DNA of 64,000 nucleotides, from contig NC_089320.1 in the NCBI RefSeq assembly GCF_036669915.1, positions 15,915,874 to 15,979,873 of the forward strand, written 5' to 3'. The position numbers and the translations under genes are program-made. This stretch comes from Pocillopora verrucosa. Its lineage: Eukaryota. The stretch's first letter is position 1. The number at the start of each line of letters is the position of its first letter. Positions 47,401 through 54,152 of this stretch are shown in pieces. Under the pieces are notes generated by a model. It ran no database searches, was not told the origin of the DNA, and saw nothing but the letters and a program-made list of their open reading frames with translations.

Positions 47401-50400
47401 AAGGATAGACAAAAAGTAGCAAAGAAGCTAACTACACCATGACAACATAAATTAAATATCAAAATACGAATTATATTTTCAACTTACAGGCATGGATGAG
47501 GATGAGGATGAGGATGAGGAAGAGGAAGCCTTCAGAGGTGCCCTCCCCGCGGGTAATCTCGAGAGACATGAATTCAGCCTCTAAAACGAGGACCGAAGGT
47601 ACAGTAGAACGTGTTTTCTCTTACTAGTCGGTTTGATGGGTGATGATAGTTTACCTTTTGACCCCTAAGTGTGACAAGCATCTAATTTCTCCTTACAATA
47701 TCACACCTGAATCGTACATTAAGGTGTCGAGAATAAAGGAAATGATCGCCAATTAAGAAGCTCTTGATTGTTTAACAAATTCTCCTTGTCAGCGCAGTAG
47801 GAAATGTGTGGAGAATAGTAAGGATAATATGCACACTGATGTTAAGATGTAACTACGTCTTATCAACTTTTTTAAAGCCACTTGCTTGGCTTGGTGACTT
47901 TCGGGAAATGTATAACATTTCATTAAAAGGAACCGCTTTATCTAGTGATCTTTCGAAGATTGATGCAGTAACTGGTTCTTCGAGCTATAAAAGTGAAATT
48001 TGAAAGGTGAAAATGACATTCCCCCTATCAATCAAGAAGAAGTCTTTCACTATAAAAAAATTCAGGTCGTCATTCCTTCGATCATCAGTATGAGTTGGTA
48101 TGACGTCAAATTTTATGGCACATTACTTGAGAAAACCTAATTGTAGCGAAGATTTTTTGATATGCAAATAATTATTACGGCCCATTAAAGGCTCGAGGTT
48201 GGAGGAAAAAATTTCAAAAAGCGTATTTTCTTACCAAGTGCGATAATTTATTATTACAAAGAGTGACAGCTTTTTTGTTACGAAGTGCGACGAAAAGTTT
48301 TTGTAAAGGTCGCCAGCTATTACAAAGTGCGACAATTTTTATACATAGTGCGACAGGTATTACAGAGTGTGACGATTATTACAAAGTTCGACAGAACAGA
48401 GTTTCTTATTTTGGGCGGACAACTACAAAGGATGATTTTCCAATGGATGTTACTCTGCATTCTCCAAAAGAAAAAGAAAAAAAACTAATTGCCACTAACA
48501 TGATCCTGTTTCTGTCCAAACAGACATGGATACAGAGAGTGAATCAAAGCCTGAGCCGGTGAAGAGCATCGGCACTCGTGACGCCGAGAGAAAACCTGAG
48601 GCATTATGGCGAGCTAGGGCAAAGCCACGCATGGCTGCGTTCTCTAGAGGTTAATGTTAATCTCGTGATTTTGATGTTTTCTTTGTCTTCGTTCTTTTAT
48701 TAGAGTTAGCGTATGAATATCAGTATCTGGGCAACTGCCCGCCCACCCACCCCTCCCCTAACTCAACAACAGTCCGTTGACAACAAGTTAAGGTTAATTT
48801 TCGTTGTGCAAAACTGTGCCTGCTTGCTACAATGTAGACTGCGTAAAGTGTTACCATTACACGTAGTTCGAAGTTCAAACTTAGTACAGTAGAAAAGTAT
48901 ACATAATCATTGTGGGAGCCAGGGAGTGGAATGTACTTTCCCTCTGTTTATTTCTTGGGATTTATCAAATAGAGAATATTGACGGAAACCTCAACATGAT
49001 AGTTTTCTGGGATAAGGATAGACAAAAAGGAGCAAAGAAGCTAATCACGCCATGACAACATAAATTAAACATCAAAATACGAATTATATTTTCAACTTAC
49101 AGGCATCGATGAGGAAGCGGAAGCTTCAGAGGTGCCCTCCCCGCGGGTAATCACGAGAGACATGAATTCAGCAACTAAACCGAGGACCGAAGGTACAGTA
49201 GAACGTGTTTTCTCTTACTAGTCGGTTTGATGGGTGATGATAGTTAACCTTTTGACCCCTAAGTGTGACAAGCATCTAATTTCTCCTTACAATATCACAC
49301 CTGAATCACACATTAAGGTCTGGAGAATAAAGGAAATGATCGCCAGTTAAGAAGCTCTTGATTGTTTAACAAATTCTCCTTGTCAGCGCAGTAGGAAATG
49401 TGTGGAGAATAGTAAGGATAATATGCACACTGATGTTAAGATGTAACTACGTCTTGTCAACTTTTTTAAAGCCACTTGCTTTGCTTGGTGACTATCAGGA
49501 AATATATAGCATTTCATCAAAAGGAACCGCTTTATCTGGTGATCTTTCGAAGATTGATGCAGTAACTGGTTCTTCGAGCTATAAAAGTGAAATTTGAAAG
49601 GTGAAAATGACATTCCCCCTATCAATCAAGAAGAAGTCTATACTATAAAAAAATTCAGGTCGTCATTCCTCCAATCATCAGTATGAGTTGGTATGACTTC
49701 AAATTTCATGGCACATTACTTGAGGAAACCTTATTGTTGTGAAGATTTTTTGATCTGCACTAAATAAATAATTATTACGGCGCACTATTTAACTAAAATT
49801 GGTTTGGTACAATTCCATCAATTTCTTGGCTGCAGTCGGACAATTTGCGCAGGAGAGTTTTTCTAATCGAACATTAACTTTTGAAGATAAAAAGTCCTGG
49901 GATGCGTGTACATAAAAAATCGTAGGTCATCTCTGATTAAAAATCAAATTCTCCTCGGGTTTTACAAATAAAAAAGAGACAATTTGAAAGGCGAGTCGAA
50001 GAGTCTACCAGAAGTCACAATTTTGAAAAGGTTATCGCTCCTTTGTTTTCATTTATTGCTTCAAACTTCACTTGACAAACCAAACATTTCTCGACATTTC
50101 ATACTAAGAATTTGTTCCATATTTTCTTCGATACGAGTTTGTGCTCCCTGACCAAAAGAAAAGTCAGTTTAGTAGCGTTTTTGATGGAAAAGAGCGCCAG
50201 TTCACATATTTTTATTCAGGACTGTCTGTCTTAAAATAGAATAAACTACTCTGTTAGGTTTCAGATGAACATTCCATAATTTTTTTGTGTGGATTTCCTA
50301 GCTTTAAACGAACACAAAGATAGGTGTTCTTAGTCGTAACTTAATCTGGCTACTAATTATTTTTTTATTCTTTGATTTATCCCCTTAAGTAGATGAGAGC

Positions 50401-53400
50401 AAGAAGGCAGAAAAGAAAGAAAGTTACAAACCGCAAATGGAGCGAGGCGATGATGCTTCTCTGGTTACGCAAAGAGTCGCTTCGTCCTCATCATCGGCAT
50501 TCTTGCTCCCAAGACAGGATTATCCTTCTAATGTAATTACAAGAGACGGCGTGTCTGCCTTTGAAGCACCTGGTTTTGCTTTCACATCAAAGCTCGCAGC
50601 TCTTCCTACCACTGAGGCATCTTCGTGCCAAGCTGGTTCCGGTTTGTCTGACAAGTTACAACAGCCACAAGAACCATTATTAAAGAAGACAGCACCTGTT
50701 ACCTTTGGAGGAAGAATTGTTCAAAGAGAAGGTATTCCTTTTGGAAGATCTTGTCGTTTTGGTGGACAGAATATGAAGATTTCACAGCAGTCACAGCGAA
50801 ACCAATTATTTGGTAAGTCGGGAGAAGATGATGGATTATTTGATTCATCCAAAAAGAAAGCAATTCAAGAGATACCAACGTTCATGGAAAAGGAAGCAGT
50901 GCCCCCAGTTGTTGGAAGACGCCCAGGTTCTAGTCTGCAGAATATGGAGATGTCTAACTCAGCTCAGTCATCTGGTAGTTCTACGTTTGCCCGATTTCAG
51001 ACGTTGCAGCGAAACCCCTTAAATTTTCCACAAACTGGTGGATTATTTGGTAATTATCAGCAGATCAAAATGTTTTCCCAGCCACTGAAAGCTGCAACCG
51101 ATCCATGTAGCTCTCGTTCCACATTAAACAGAGCAGATCGTCGGATGGAAGAGGAAGTGAGGCAAGAGATACCAGCAACTATCAAAGGAGATGGAGCAGT
51201 TCCAATGAATGCAGAGCCAATGTTAAAACAGGAAACATGTCCAGTCCCAGGAAATCTCCAACAACCTCTTCCTCCACCTCCTGCACCACCACCACCACCA
51301 CCTGCTTCCCTTGCACCCTTGCACCGCCCTACTCTCCTCCCAGGGGGCTCTCGTCCTCCAACCGTTGTACCAGCTAGAGCGTCGTTGATGAAAGATTTCC
51401 CTGGAGTGAGCAAGACGCTAAAGGGAGTAACAGTAGCCTCTAAGCAGTCAGCATCTGCAACCACAACTGCAGTAACCGGATTTGGGGCTCCCCCTCCTCC
51501 TCCTCCTCCTCCGGCCTGTTCAGCAGCAGGCAGCTCTAAACTTCTTTCTGTCGGGTCAAAACCCCCTCCCTCGATCGGTTCAACATACCACGGGATCGTT
51601 TGTACGAGATCTTTAGAGATGAATGAAAATGAGATGAAATGTCGAGAGCTGAGGAAAGCCATCATTCAAGATGAGCGAGAAAAGCTAGAACGGATATTTA
51701 CTGCACAAAATTCGGTAAGTATCGCAAAATGCATACGATTATCCAATTAAGGGTGCTTATTTTCCATTGGTTAAAGTCACACAATCTAGGTGGGATTTCG
51801 TCATATTTCCATCATCAAACTGATCTGGGCAAATTCCAGTTGGTTTTCCGAACCTTAAACCTCAACTCTCTTCCTTAGAACTAACTGTAACGGCTTGAGA
51901 CTACGTGGGGACATGCAATTTTGCTATGAATCAGCAATTGAAATTTCCTAGATTGTAATATCATTCCCCAAATGCAAGTTTGGATTGTTATATCATAAAT
52001 TATTTTTAACTGATATATATTGATAACTCCTTACTCCTCAAATCGAATCATTGATCATATCCAGTAATTTACCGCATAGTAAATAATTTACTTTATCGGC
52101 CAGAGATTTGTTTAGGAATTGGTATTATTTTGGAACTGTAATTGTAAAAATTACAGTTCCATTACTCCTTATAAAAAGGAGGTTTGGTAATAGCCTGTTA
52201 ACTTCAAAATAATGAATATTCTTATGTTATAACAGTCGTGTGATACCATGGCTCCCCTCAGTCCCATGACCGTAACTAATTTAGTCGTAAATAATTGTTA
52301 ATTCTGTCTTCCTTTGGTAAAACAAGCTTCCCAAACGTCAGTGTAAGAAAAAAGATTCTTAAGCTAGAACCACCATTTATGGTGTAAAGAATCCAGGTAA
52401 GGGAGAATTCTTTGCCCTCGACCTTAAGTGTGTTTCAGGTACAGCCCAAGAGTCCTTTGGTTTCAATGATATAAACAGTACAGCTTATATTTTTTAATAA
52501 AATTTGTCGATTTTTTTTATTTGATGAGCTTTTTGGTGTTTTTCAGGAGGGTTTCTGGAATGTGGATGACTTGCCTATCATTGGTATAGACACACAAGGC
52601 TTTACTGATTTGCTGGCAGGTGCTGGTGCCAGGTCTCTTGGTACGCTTCTGTTCTGTTCTGTTCTGTTCTGTTCTGTATTGTTGCTGTTGTTTTATCTAA
52701 GACGGGTACACAATTGAAAGAGTAAAACATAGTCAAACGCCTTTCCTTCAGTACAAGATCTTTTGTTGAAATCTTTATTTCATTACATTTCTACCAACCT
52801 TATCAGCGACAACAGAAGATTCTACCGAGTTGCTAAATTGAGACTTATCTTGAACGTGGCGACATTAACAATGTGGGAATTTGCTGATTCTTTTGTAGAT
52901 TTTATACAGATTAATTCTAATTTATGCTTCGAATTTTTTCGAGATCGGGCAAAATTTAACCAGGATTTAGTTTCTCTCACTTCCTACCCCTCTCCTACGC
53001 TCTTGATTCTTCCCTCCTTGAGCCTTGTGCTTCTCCCGTTTGTCTGAAAAGAAACAGAGACTGCTAGGCGAGCCAAACAAAGTGAGGAATTATTTAATTC
53101 CAAAGGCTTAGCAATTGCCTACGTTTTAAAACAGAGGCTATGAAAATTTCGAAAATGGATAATTTTCCGTAAAACTTTCGTTGGACTTTGATGAGGAAGA
53201 CAAATTTTAATGCAGCCAAATTAAGAAGTAATTCCCTGATTTATTGTTTTACACGGCATTTCACGCGATACACTGCAGGTCTTAAAGTTTTTGAAAGCGT
53301 GAAAAGACTTCTGGCCACCTTCATGATGTTGGCGTTCATGAAACTGAGGCTTCATGTCGTGTTCCCACTGACGCTTCCATTCGGACAACCTGAGTCTGAG

Positions 53401-54152
53401 GTGAGAATTTGTCTCAATATTTTGAGGCACTGTTGTCTTTTGGTCAGAACTTAGAGTGCTTAACCAATCGTTAAAATTAGCTCCAATAACCTGAACAAGC
53501 TGTTAATTCATCAATGGAAGACGTTGGCAGCTAAAACAAGAATTCCTGGACAGGTTCTCCTGGTAGTATAGCTGGGAAAAAAAATTAACAAAGCGTTTTG
53601 ATGGCAAGTCTCCTAAGGTGATACGTGTCCTTTAAGACGCAACAATGGTGAACGCGTTCAAATGTCCCTTTAGCGAAATTAAGAATCTTTAACGCAACGT
53701 AACGTGATAGGACAGTCATTAATTGGCTCTATTTAGGTGATATAGATAGGGAAAAAACTCCTTACTTACTGAATCTTAGCAGTCTCAAACTTCGTTCTCC
53801 GTGTCTTCGTGTTTTTTTTTGTGTTTTTTTTATGTACGCCGGGAAGCCTTCCTGGACACTGGGAACCAAGTCGTATCACTGAAAAATTATTATTAGCGTA
53901 GGGTCTGGGACCTGTTGGCAAAGTCCTAATGGCCCAGTTATTGTTTTTTCAAGGGCAGGTTTTTTAGTTTGACGTTTTGTCTTCTAGGTAACTGTTGGTG
54001 GTTTGGGAGTGAAGTATTCCAAAGACATCACAAAAGCGCTCAAGTGGGTTAAGATCCAGGAAAGGAAGATTCCTCTTCTTTACTCCCGACTGGAATTTGG
54101 AGCCAACTGGGAAGCGGCCACACGAACGATGGCACGGAAGATGAAAATTTAA
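15453..54152 (+). CDS. PARP4: PARP4 (vault PARP)-like gene, full coding span with 39 inferred coding exons. Domain order: BRCT, PARP regulatory, PARP catalytic, VIT, vWA, Pro-rich region, C-terminal region
   Basis: Every exon is bounded by AG/GT and all 39 join with consistent phase and no internal stop. Peptides match PARP4 hallmarks: VIVFQEYSNNSSTPIEAKYVFPLDD and VCGFEAFINGKHIVGEVKEKE (VIT), LPRMWVERH, DLSCSM (MIDAS DxSxS of vWA), LISDGH, GSGIYFSNS and DDEFAIY (catalytic). Confidence 0.8.
16617..16815 (+). CDS. PARP4: PARP4-like exon 2 (BRCT)
   Basis: Acceptor 'ttgtag' at 16616. TNFLVTGDSERALSSYKGRTAVKLGIPVVPFDFITDCIKSGKLVD. Donor GT at 16816. Ends in phase 1. Confidence 0.65.
18146..18246 (+). 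CDS. PARP4: PARP4-like exon 3
   Basis: Acceptor 'catttcag'. Reading is open only in phase 1, matching exon 2. ..VWPYKAVDGPEFDEPNCEIVKDALLA. Donor GT at 18247. Confidence 0.5.
18639..18656. repeat. Poly-G homopolymer of about 18 nt preceded by T12
   Basis: 'ttttttttttggcgggggggggggggggggggaacc' in PARP4-like intron 3. Confidence 0.9.
19947..20102 (+). CDS. PARP4: PARP4-like exon 4
   Basis: AG at 19946 and GT at 20103. 52 codons. GYNEGTKECRYFSSSEEAFGAFIAITDQQFADGYKK. Confidence 0.6.
20330..20430. repeat. Solo half-copy of the same MITE family in PARP4-like intron 4
   Basis: 'ctctttatggtggccaattcgcgttatcaacttaattgataacactaaatt' matches the right arm of the 30890-31085 element at about 85%. 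Confidence 0.5.
20832..21149 (+). CDS. PARP4: PARP4-like exon 5 (PARP alpha-helical regulatory domain)
   Basis: 106 codons. ..ANLINYIWNEAVGSLADILATPLSSIKLEDVEKAEAILLLLRKSI..IPHKNRGE. Resembles PARP4 'MIWAEALGHLEHMLL..VSKAEGILLLV..IPHKG'. Confidence 0.75.
21634..21794 (+). CDS. PARP4: PARP4-like exon 6 (regulatory domain)
   Basis: LIKDMVSIGESTNWK..KYRALKSYIECLNHESDGF. AG and GT sites present. Ends in phase 2. Confidence 0.7.
22630..22738 (+). CDS. PARP4: PARP4-like exon 7 (catalytic domain, H-G-S motif region)
   Basis: SPPEIDVLNVYSIHRPVEETAFSPHIGNNALLFHASK. 'LFHAS' stands in place of the usual 'LHGS'. Confidence 0.7.
23046..23074 (+). CDS. PARP4: PARP4-like exon 8 (29-nt micro-exon)
   Basis: 'tgcag|GTGGCAAACTTTGTAGGCATACTTTCAAG|gtacgt' encodes VANFVGILS(R). 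It is required to keep phase between exons 7 and 9. Confidence 0.6.
23245..23343 (+). CDS. PARP4: PARP4-like exon 9 (catalytic, GSGIYF)
   Basis: RGLLMPKIVVDDFGGQRSDPGMLGSGIYFSNSA. Confidence 0.7.
23771..23852 (+). CDS. PARP4: PARP4-like exon 10 (catalytic)
   Basis: STSAKYSAPGSKGSRLMLVNEVALGKVK. Confidence 0.7.
24476..24574 (+). CDS. PARP4: PARP4-like exon 11 (catalytic)
   Basis: EFKTFAMDLTSPPPGYSSCHGVRNTDNEPSDFK. Confidence 0.7.
24655..24698 (+). CDS. PARP4: PARP4-like exon 12 (catalytic Glu)
   Basis: DDEFAIYNGNQQKI. Corresponds to the PARP 'NEYIVY' catalytic glutamate region. Confidence 0.65.
25215..25321 (+). CDS. PARP4: PARP4-like exon 13
   Basis: RYLVEFVLRGDVVVADRDDASIDSGFFDDSSEAAPE. 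Ends in phase 1. Confidence 0.65.
25525..25673 (+). CDS. PARP4: PARP4-like exon 14 (VIT domain start)
   Basis: DHRGSVVLTDVMSIVDPLTKVEAGLKGTGDKSIPLQSVHIRARLLDLAAQ. Confidence 0.7.
26256..26340 (+). CDS. PARP4: PARP4-like exon 15 (VIT)
   Basis: VIVFQEYSNNSSTPIEAKYVFPLDDMAA. Confidence 0.8.
26700..26833 (+). CDS. PARP4: PARP4-like exon 16 (VIT)
   Basis: VCGFEAFINGKHIVGEVKEKEQAHKEYREAISKGHGAYLMDEETP. Confidence 0.8.
27302..27466 (+). CDS. PARP4: PARP4-like exon 17 (VIT)
   Basis: DVFTVSVGNLPPGAQVLIKITYVTELTVDGEHICFSLPGSVAPWTRDKALEEVTQ. Confidence 0.8.
27566..27606 (+). CDS. PARP4: PARP4-like exon 18 (41 nt)
   Basis: TYVDTVRIGEVGP. 'atcag' acceptor and 'gtgagt' donor. Ends in phase 2. Confidence 0.55.
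27723..27816 (+). CDS. PARP4: PARP4-like exon 19
   Basis: (C)DPAFDVSMKVSVEMPFEIRSLDSPTHAMKVK. Confidence 0.65.
28284..28421 (+). CDS. PARP4: PARP4-like exon 20
   Basis: RTATKAVIELEPGQSLGDGFQLLIGLAEIHVPRMWVERHTNNSDRQ. Confidence 0.75.
28655..28747 (+). CDS. PARP4: PARP4-like exon 21 (vWA start, MIDAS)
   Basis: ACMLTFYPEFEAKSPSEVEVIFLLDLSCSMK. DxSxS motif present. Confidence 0.75.
29097..30723. mobile_element. TIR DNA transposon remnant (about 1.6 kb) in PARP4-like intron 21, flanked by TTAA (or TA) target duplication
   Basis: Left end TTAA|GGTGGTATGATACCTTCAAAAAGG at 29097-29124. Right end CCTTTTTTAAGGTATCATACCACC|TTAA at 30696-30723. These are 24-25 bp inverted repeats with one mismatch. 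Internal minus-strand Lys-rich ORFs 29683-30054 and 30107-30298. Confidence 0.6.
30890..31085. mobile_element. Palindromic MITE-like element (about 200 bp)
   Basis: Arm '..tattatcaactgagttgaaaaggtaaattggccaccgtaaagagtttaaaagc' at 30890-30950 is the reverse complement of 'gctttgaaactctttacggtggccaatttacgttatcaattcagttgataatactaaatt' at 31024-31083. The central part has an inner hairpin tagcccttcgtca/tgacgaagggcta. Confidence 0.6.
31489..31582 (+). CDS. PARP4: PARP4-like exon 22 (vWA)
   Basis: GSNLNDAKKILLMCLSLVKEGWIFNVLVFGS. Ends in phase 1. Confidence 0.65.
32811..33923 (+). CDS. Intronless membrane progestin receptor (mPR)-like PAQR family gene, copy 1. Nested in PARP4-like intron 22 on the same strand
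   Basis: PAQR signature motifs: 'YRP' N-terminal motif, NETVNFWSH (NxxWSH), SCVAHMFSS (SxxxH), LDYAAISVYTF (D-Y-x-x-I), SSDPACNPDSL, ERFVPGFFDFIGQSHNFLHV (HxxxH). Seven hydrophobic segments. The start could instead be the upstream ATG at 32712. Confidence 0.75.
   Translation: MTKVLTRQGKLQQVERNGAVMSHDLDDSVYKNGSRKGGKTEEVHRYSMLLREDQIPQAFRTEFLTTRYRPRNLTALDSVKSVFYANNETVNFWSHVLSAVILIARYCSVVWNHNPFTDHFYFPLVSYTLGCCIMYTMSCVAHMFSSMTELQNHIGYYLDYAAISVYTFTNGQAFYFYCHPLGSGLLLFDWRELFLFVSALISFSATFNCCKSRHQWFDLRFIIRTGFYILSWLHNCSPYFVRLFVCSSDPACNPDSLGLFVGCLISFAAAALMNMTRIPERFVPGFFDFIGQSHNFLHVLTTTGDHFAFSVLLSDLSARKEFLITEHTPSFFETIGLTLLVLVGNLAIVLWFARSLISNSSGKIGHDKST
36770..37896 (+). pseudogene. mPR-like PAQR gene, copy 2, reading frame broken by a single-base indel near 37330-37340 (pseudogene or sequence error)
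   Basis: ORF 36764-37393 carries IPEVFRTPFIVSGYRRP, NETINVWSH, SSSAHLF and DYAAIGFYTF. It then continues in the +1 frame (37336-37896) with SSDPAYNRIS..PERLMAGVFDNFGQSHNLAHIL. Alignment to copy 1 places the shift between '..LGPRARLLGQ' and 'DSLTVFQS..'. Confidence 0.55.
39381..39452 (+). tRNA. tRNA-like Pol III element (cloverleaf-capable 72 nt; tRNA pseudogene or SINE head), anticodon loop CCGGTAT (GGU?)
   Basis: GGCTTGT/ACGAGCC gives a 7-bp acceptor stem. A-box TAGCTCAGTTGG, G18G19, T-stem ATGGG/CCCGT, B-box-like GGGCTCAAATCC, T7 run at 39456-39462. There is a mismatch in the D stem and C at position 33, so it is probably not a canonical functional tRNA. Confidence 0.4.
39734..39807 (+). 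CDS. PARP4: PARP4-like exon 23 (vWA)
   Basis: (K)HSELFLYSVRKDKDSFEEAKKFVE. The phase-1 acceptor matches exon 22. The 8.1 kb upstream intron carries two PAQR genes. Confidence 0.6.
40178..40374 (+). CDS. PARP4: PARP4-like exon 24 (vWA)
   Basis: SLTADKGSTELWRVLRKLYMLPTLSTADHPRNLFLISDGHVTEEETTLGLIRNHCQSDRLFSLGVG. Confidence 0.75.
40610..40695 (-). repeat. Degenerate tRNA-like fragment (minus strand) in PARP4-like intron 24
   Basis: Reverse complement reads 'GCATCGTAGCTCAGTTGGTACCGGCATCCAACCGCAGCACACGGACTTGAGTCGAC'. It has A-box-like TAGCTCAGTTGGTA. Confidence 0.25.
40915..41014 (+). CDS. PARP4: PARP4-like exon 25
   Basis: STANRYLLRAMSRVGAGASEFLTVVPSLNGKER. The human protein has STANRHVLRILSQCGAGVFEY here. 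Confidence 0.75.
41203..41373 (+). CDS. PARP4: PARP4-like exon 26
   Basis: VRSQLSKAEQPGLTSVGVTWQQHDSGSSPPVQAPHQLLSLFNGSRQVVYGFVDNCTQ. Confidence 0.7.
41451..41531 (+). CDS. PARP4: PARP4-like exon 27
   Basis: ATLSAEVNGTTVSTMVSTADLNITKGK. Confidence 0.65.
41612..41692 (+). CDS. PARP4: PARP4-like exon 28
   Basis: ILHQLTARAIIRDWDEGSLHEQRTGHE. Confidence 0.7.
42236..42337 (+). CDS. PARP4: PARP4-like exon 29
   Basis: IVKRDRKDFIVSLSKTFSVVSKFTSFVAVEHREK. Confidence 0.7.
42932..43054 (+). CDS. PARP4: PARP4-like exon 30
   Basis: DEKFKEGQGPSILQLVSTEDVDILEYIAWESRPVMEKNQEL. Confidence 0.65.
43471..43614 (+). CDS. PARP4: PARP4-like exon 31
   Basis: NIEEKLEKKLQEAKVLETSSVLQCERLYKEIIEEAKENLGADQPVTVK. Phase 0 at both ends. 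Confidence 0.55.
44138..44235 (+). CDS. PARP4: PARP4-like exon 32
   Basis: AIKALSHLYTLMGEEEKACRIFEENESAVSDF. Ends in phase 2. Confidence 0.55.
44403..44451. repeat. (TA)n microsatellite
   Basis: About 24 TA units seen directly. Confidence 0.9.
44514..44560. repeat. (CCCCT)n microsatellite
   Basis: 'ccctcccctcccctcccctcccctcccctc'. Confidence 0.9.
45196..45365 (+). CDS. PARP4: PARP4-like exon 33 (acidic/Ser-rich)
   Basis: SLDVEVPRNSTSKDSDWSDPTEGSAFSSGDSSDNNVSVAEAELLDEEELEFCEMDQQ. Phase 2 in and phase 1 out, matching its neighbours. Confidence 0.55.
45801..45890 (+). CDS. PARP4: PARP4-like exon 34 (cassette A, repeat copy 1; phase 1-1)
   Basis: GMDEEKEASEAPFPRVITKDMNSASKTRTQ. Inside the 1.65 kb tandem repeat. 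Confidence 0.5.
46525..46690. repeat. Minisatellite of about 8 degenerate copies of a roughly 20-bp motif TATTACAAAGTGCGACA (also at 48235-48400)
   Basis: 'ctattacaaagtgcgacaatttttatacatagtgcgacaggtattacagagtgtgacgattattacaaagttcgacag'. Confidence 0.7.
46814..46939 (+). CDS. PARP4: PARP4-like exon 35 (cassette B, repeat copy 1; phase 1-1)
   Basis: DMDTESESKPEPVKSIGTRDAERKPEALWRARTKSRMAVFYR. Confidence 0.5.
47015..47141. repeat. Imperfect hairpin palindrome (about 40-bp arms, about 45-bp spacer) in repeat copy 1
   Basis: 'atcagtatctgggcaactgcccgcccacccacccctcccctaa' ... 'ttaggggaggggtaggtgggcagttgcccaaatactgatat'. Copy 2 (48720-48800) keeps only the left arm because of an 85-bp deletion. Confidence 0.7.
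47490..47598 (+). pseudogene. PARP4: Cassette A, repeat copy 2: degenerate exon with +18 nt (GATGAG)n expansion and +1 nt frameshift
   Basis: 109 nt against 90 nt in copies 1 and 3. If spliced in, it reads ..DEDEDEEEEAFRGALPAGNLERHEFSL*. Probably skipped or decayed. Confidence 0.45.
48524..48649 (+). CDS. PARP4: Cassette B, repeat copy 2 (intact, phase 1-1); inclusion uncertain
   Basis: DMDTESESKPEPVKSIGTRDAERKPEALWRARAKPRMAAFSR. Sites are identical to exon 35. Confidence 0.4.
49103..49192 (+). CDS. PARP4: Cassette A, repeat copy 3 (intact, phase 1-1)
   Basis: GIDEEAEASEVPSPRVITRDMNSATKPRTE. Its phase-1 donor fits the acceptor of exon 36. Confidence 0.45.
50390..51714 (+). CDS. PARP4: PARP4-like exon 36 (large Pro/Ser-rich exon, 441 codons)
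   Basis: Acceptor 'cccttaag' with phase 1. A 1.3 kb open frame including PPPPAPPPPPPAS and GAPPPPPPPPA. Donor 'ttcg|gtaagt' at 51715. Confidence 0.65.
52547..52640 (+). CDS. PARP4: PARP4-like exon 37 (C-terminal region)
   Basis: EGFWNVDDLPIIGIDTQGFTDLLAGAGARSL(G). Resembles human 'EDGFWKLTPELGLILNLNTNGLHSFLKQKGIQSLG'. Confidence 0.65.
52647..52678. repeat. (TTCTG)6 microsatellite just after the exon 37 donor
   Basis: 'ttctgttctgttctgttctgttctgttctg'. Confidence 0.9.
53279..53400 (+). CDS. PARP4: PARP4-like exon 38
   Basis: (G)LKVFESVKRLLATFMMLAFMKLRLHVVFPLTLPFGQPESE. Phase 1 in and phase 0 out. Confidence 0.55.
53988..54152 (+). CDS. PARP4: PARP4-like terminal exon 39 (stop TAA at 54150)
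   Basis: VTVGGLGVKYSKDITKALKWVKIQERKIPLLYSRLEFGANWEAATRTMARKMKI*. Confidence 0.6.
   Translation, partial: VTVGGLGVKYSKDITKALKWVKIQERKIPLLYSRLEFGANWEAATRTMARKMKI

Larger units (their letters stand above)
45585..49771. repeat. Intragenic tandem repeat of about 1.6-1.7 kb, 2.5 copies (copy starts about 45594, 47283, 48896; third copy truncated at about 49771)
   Basis: Near-identical blocks. For example 'catgatagttttctgggataaggatagacaaaaag' recurs at about 45697, 47385 and 48997. Each full copy holds two phase-1 exons, a 20-bp minisatellite and short duplicated spurious ORFs. Confidence 0.85.

Noticed and set aside
51057-51665. 202-aa Gly-rich ORF on the minus strand
   Set aside because: It is the antisense reading of the Pro-rich PARP4-like exon 36 (CCN codons read as GGN). 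The plus-strand exon is phase-consistent with its neighbours, so the minus ORF is a compositional artefact.
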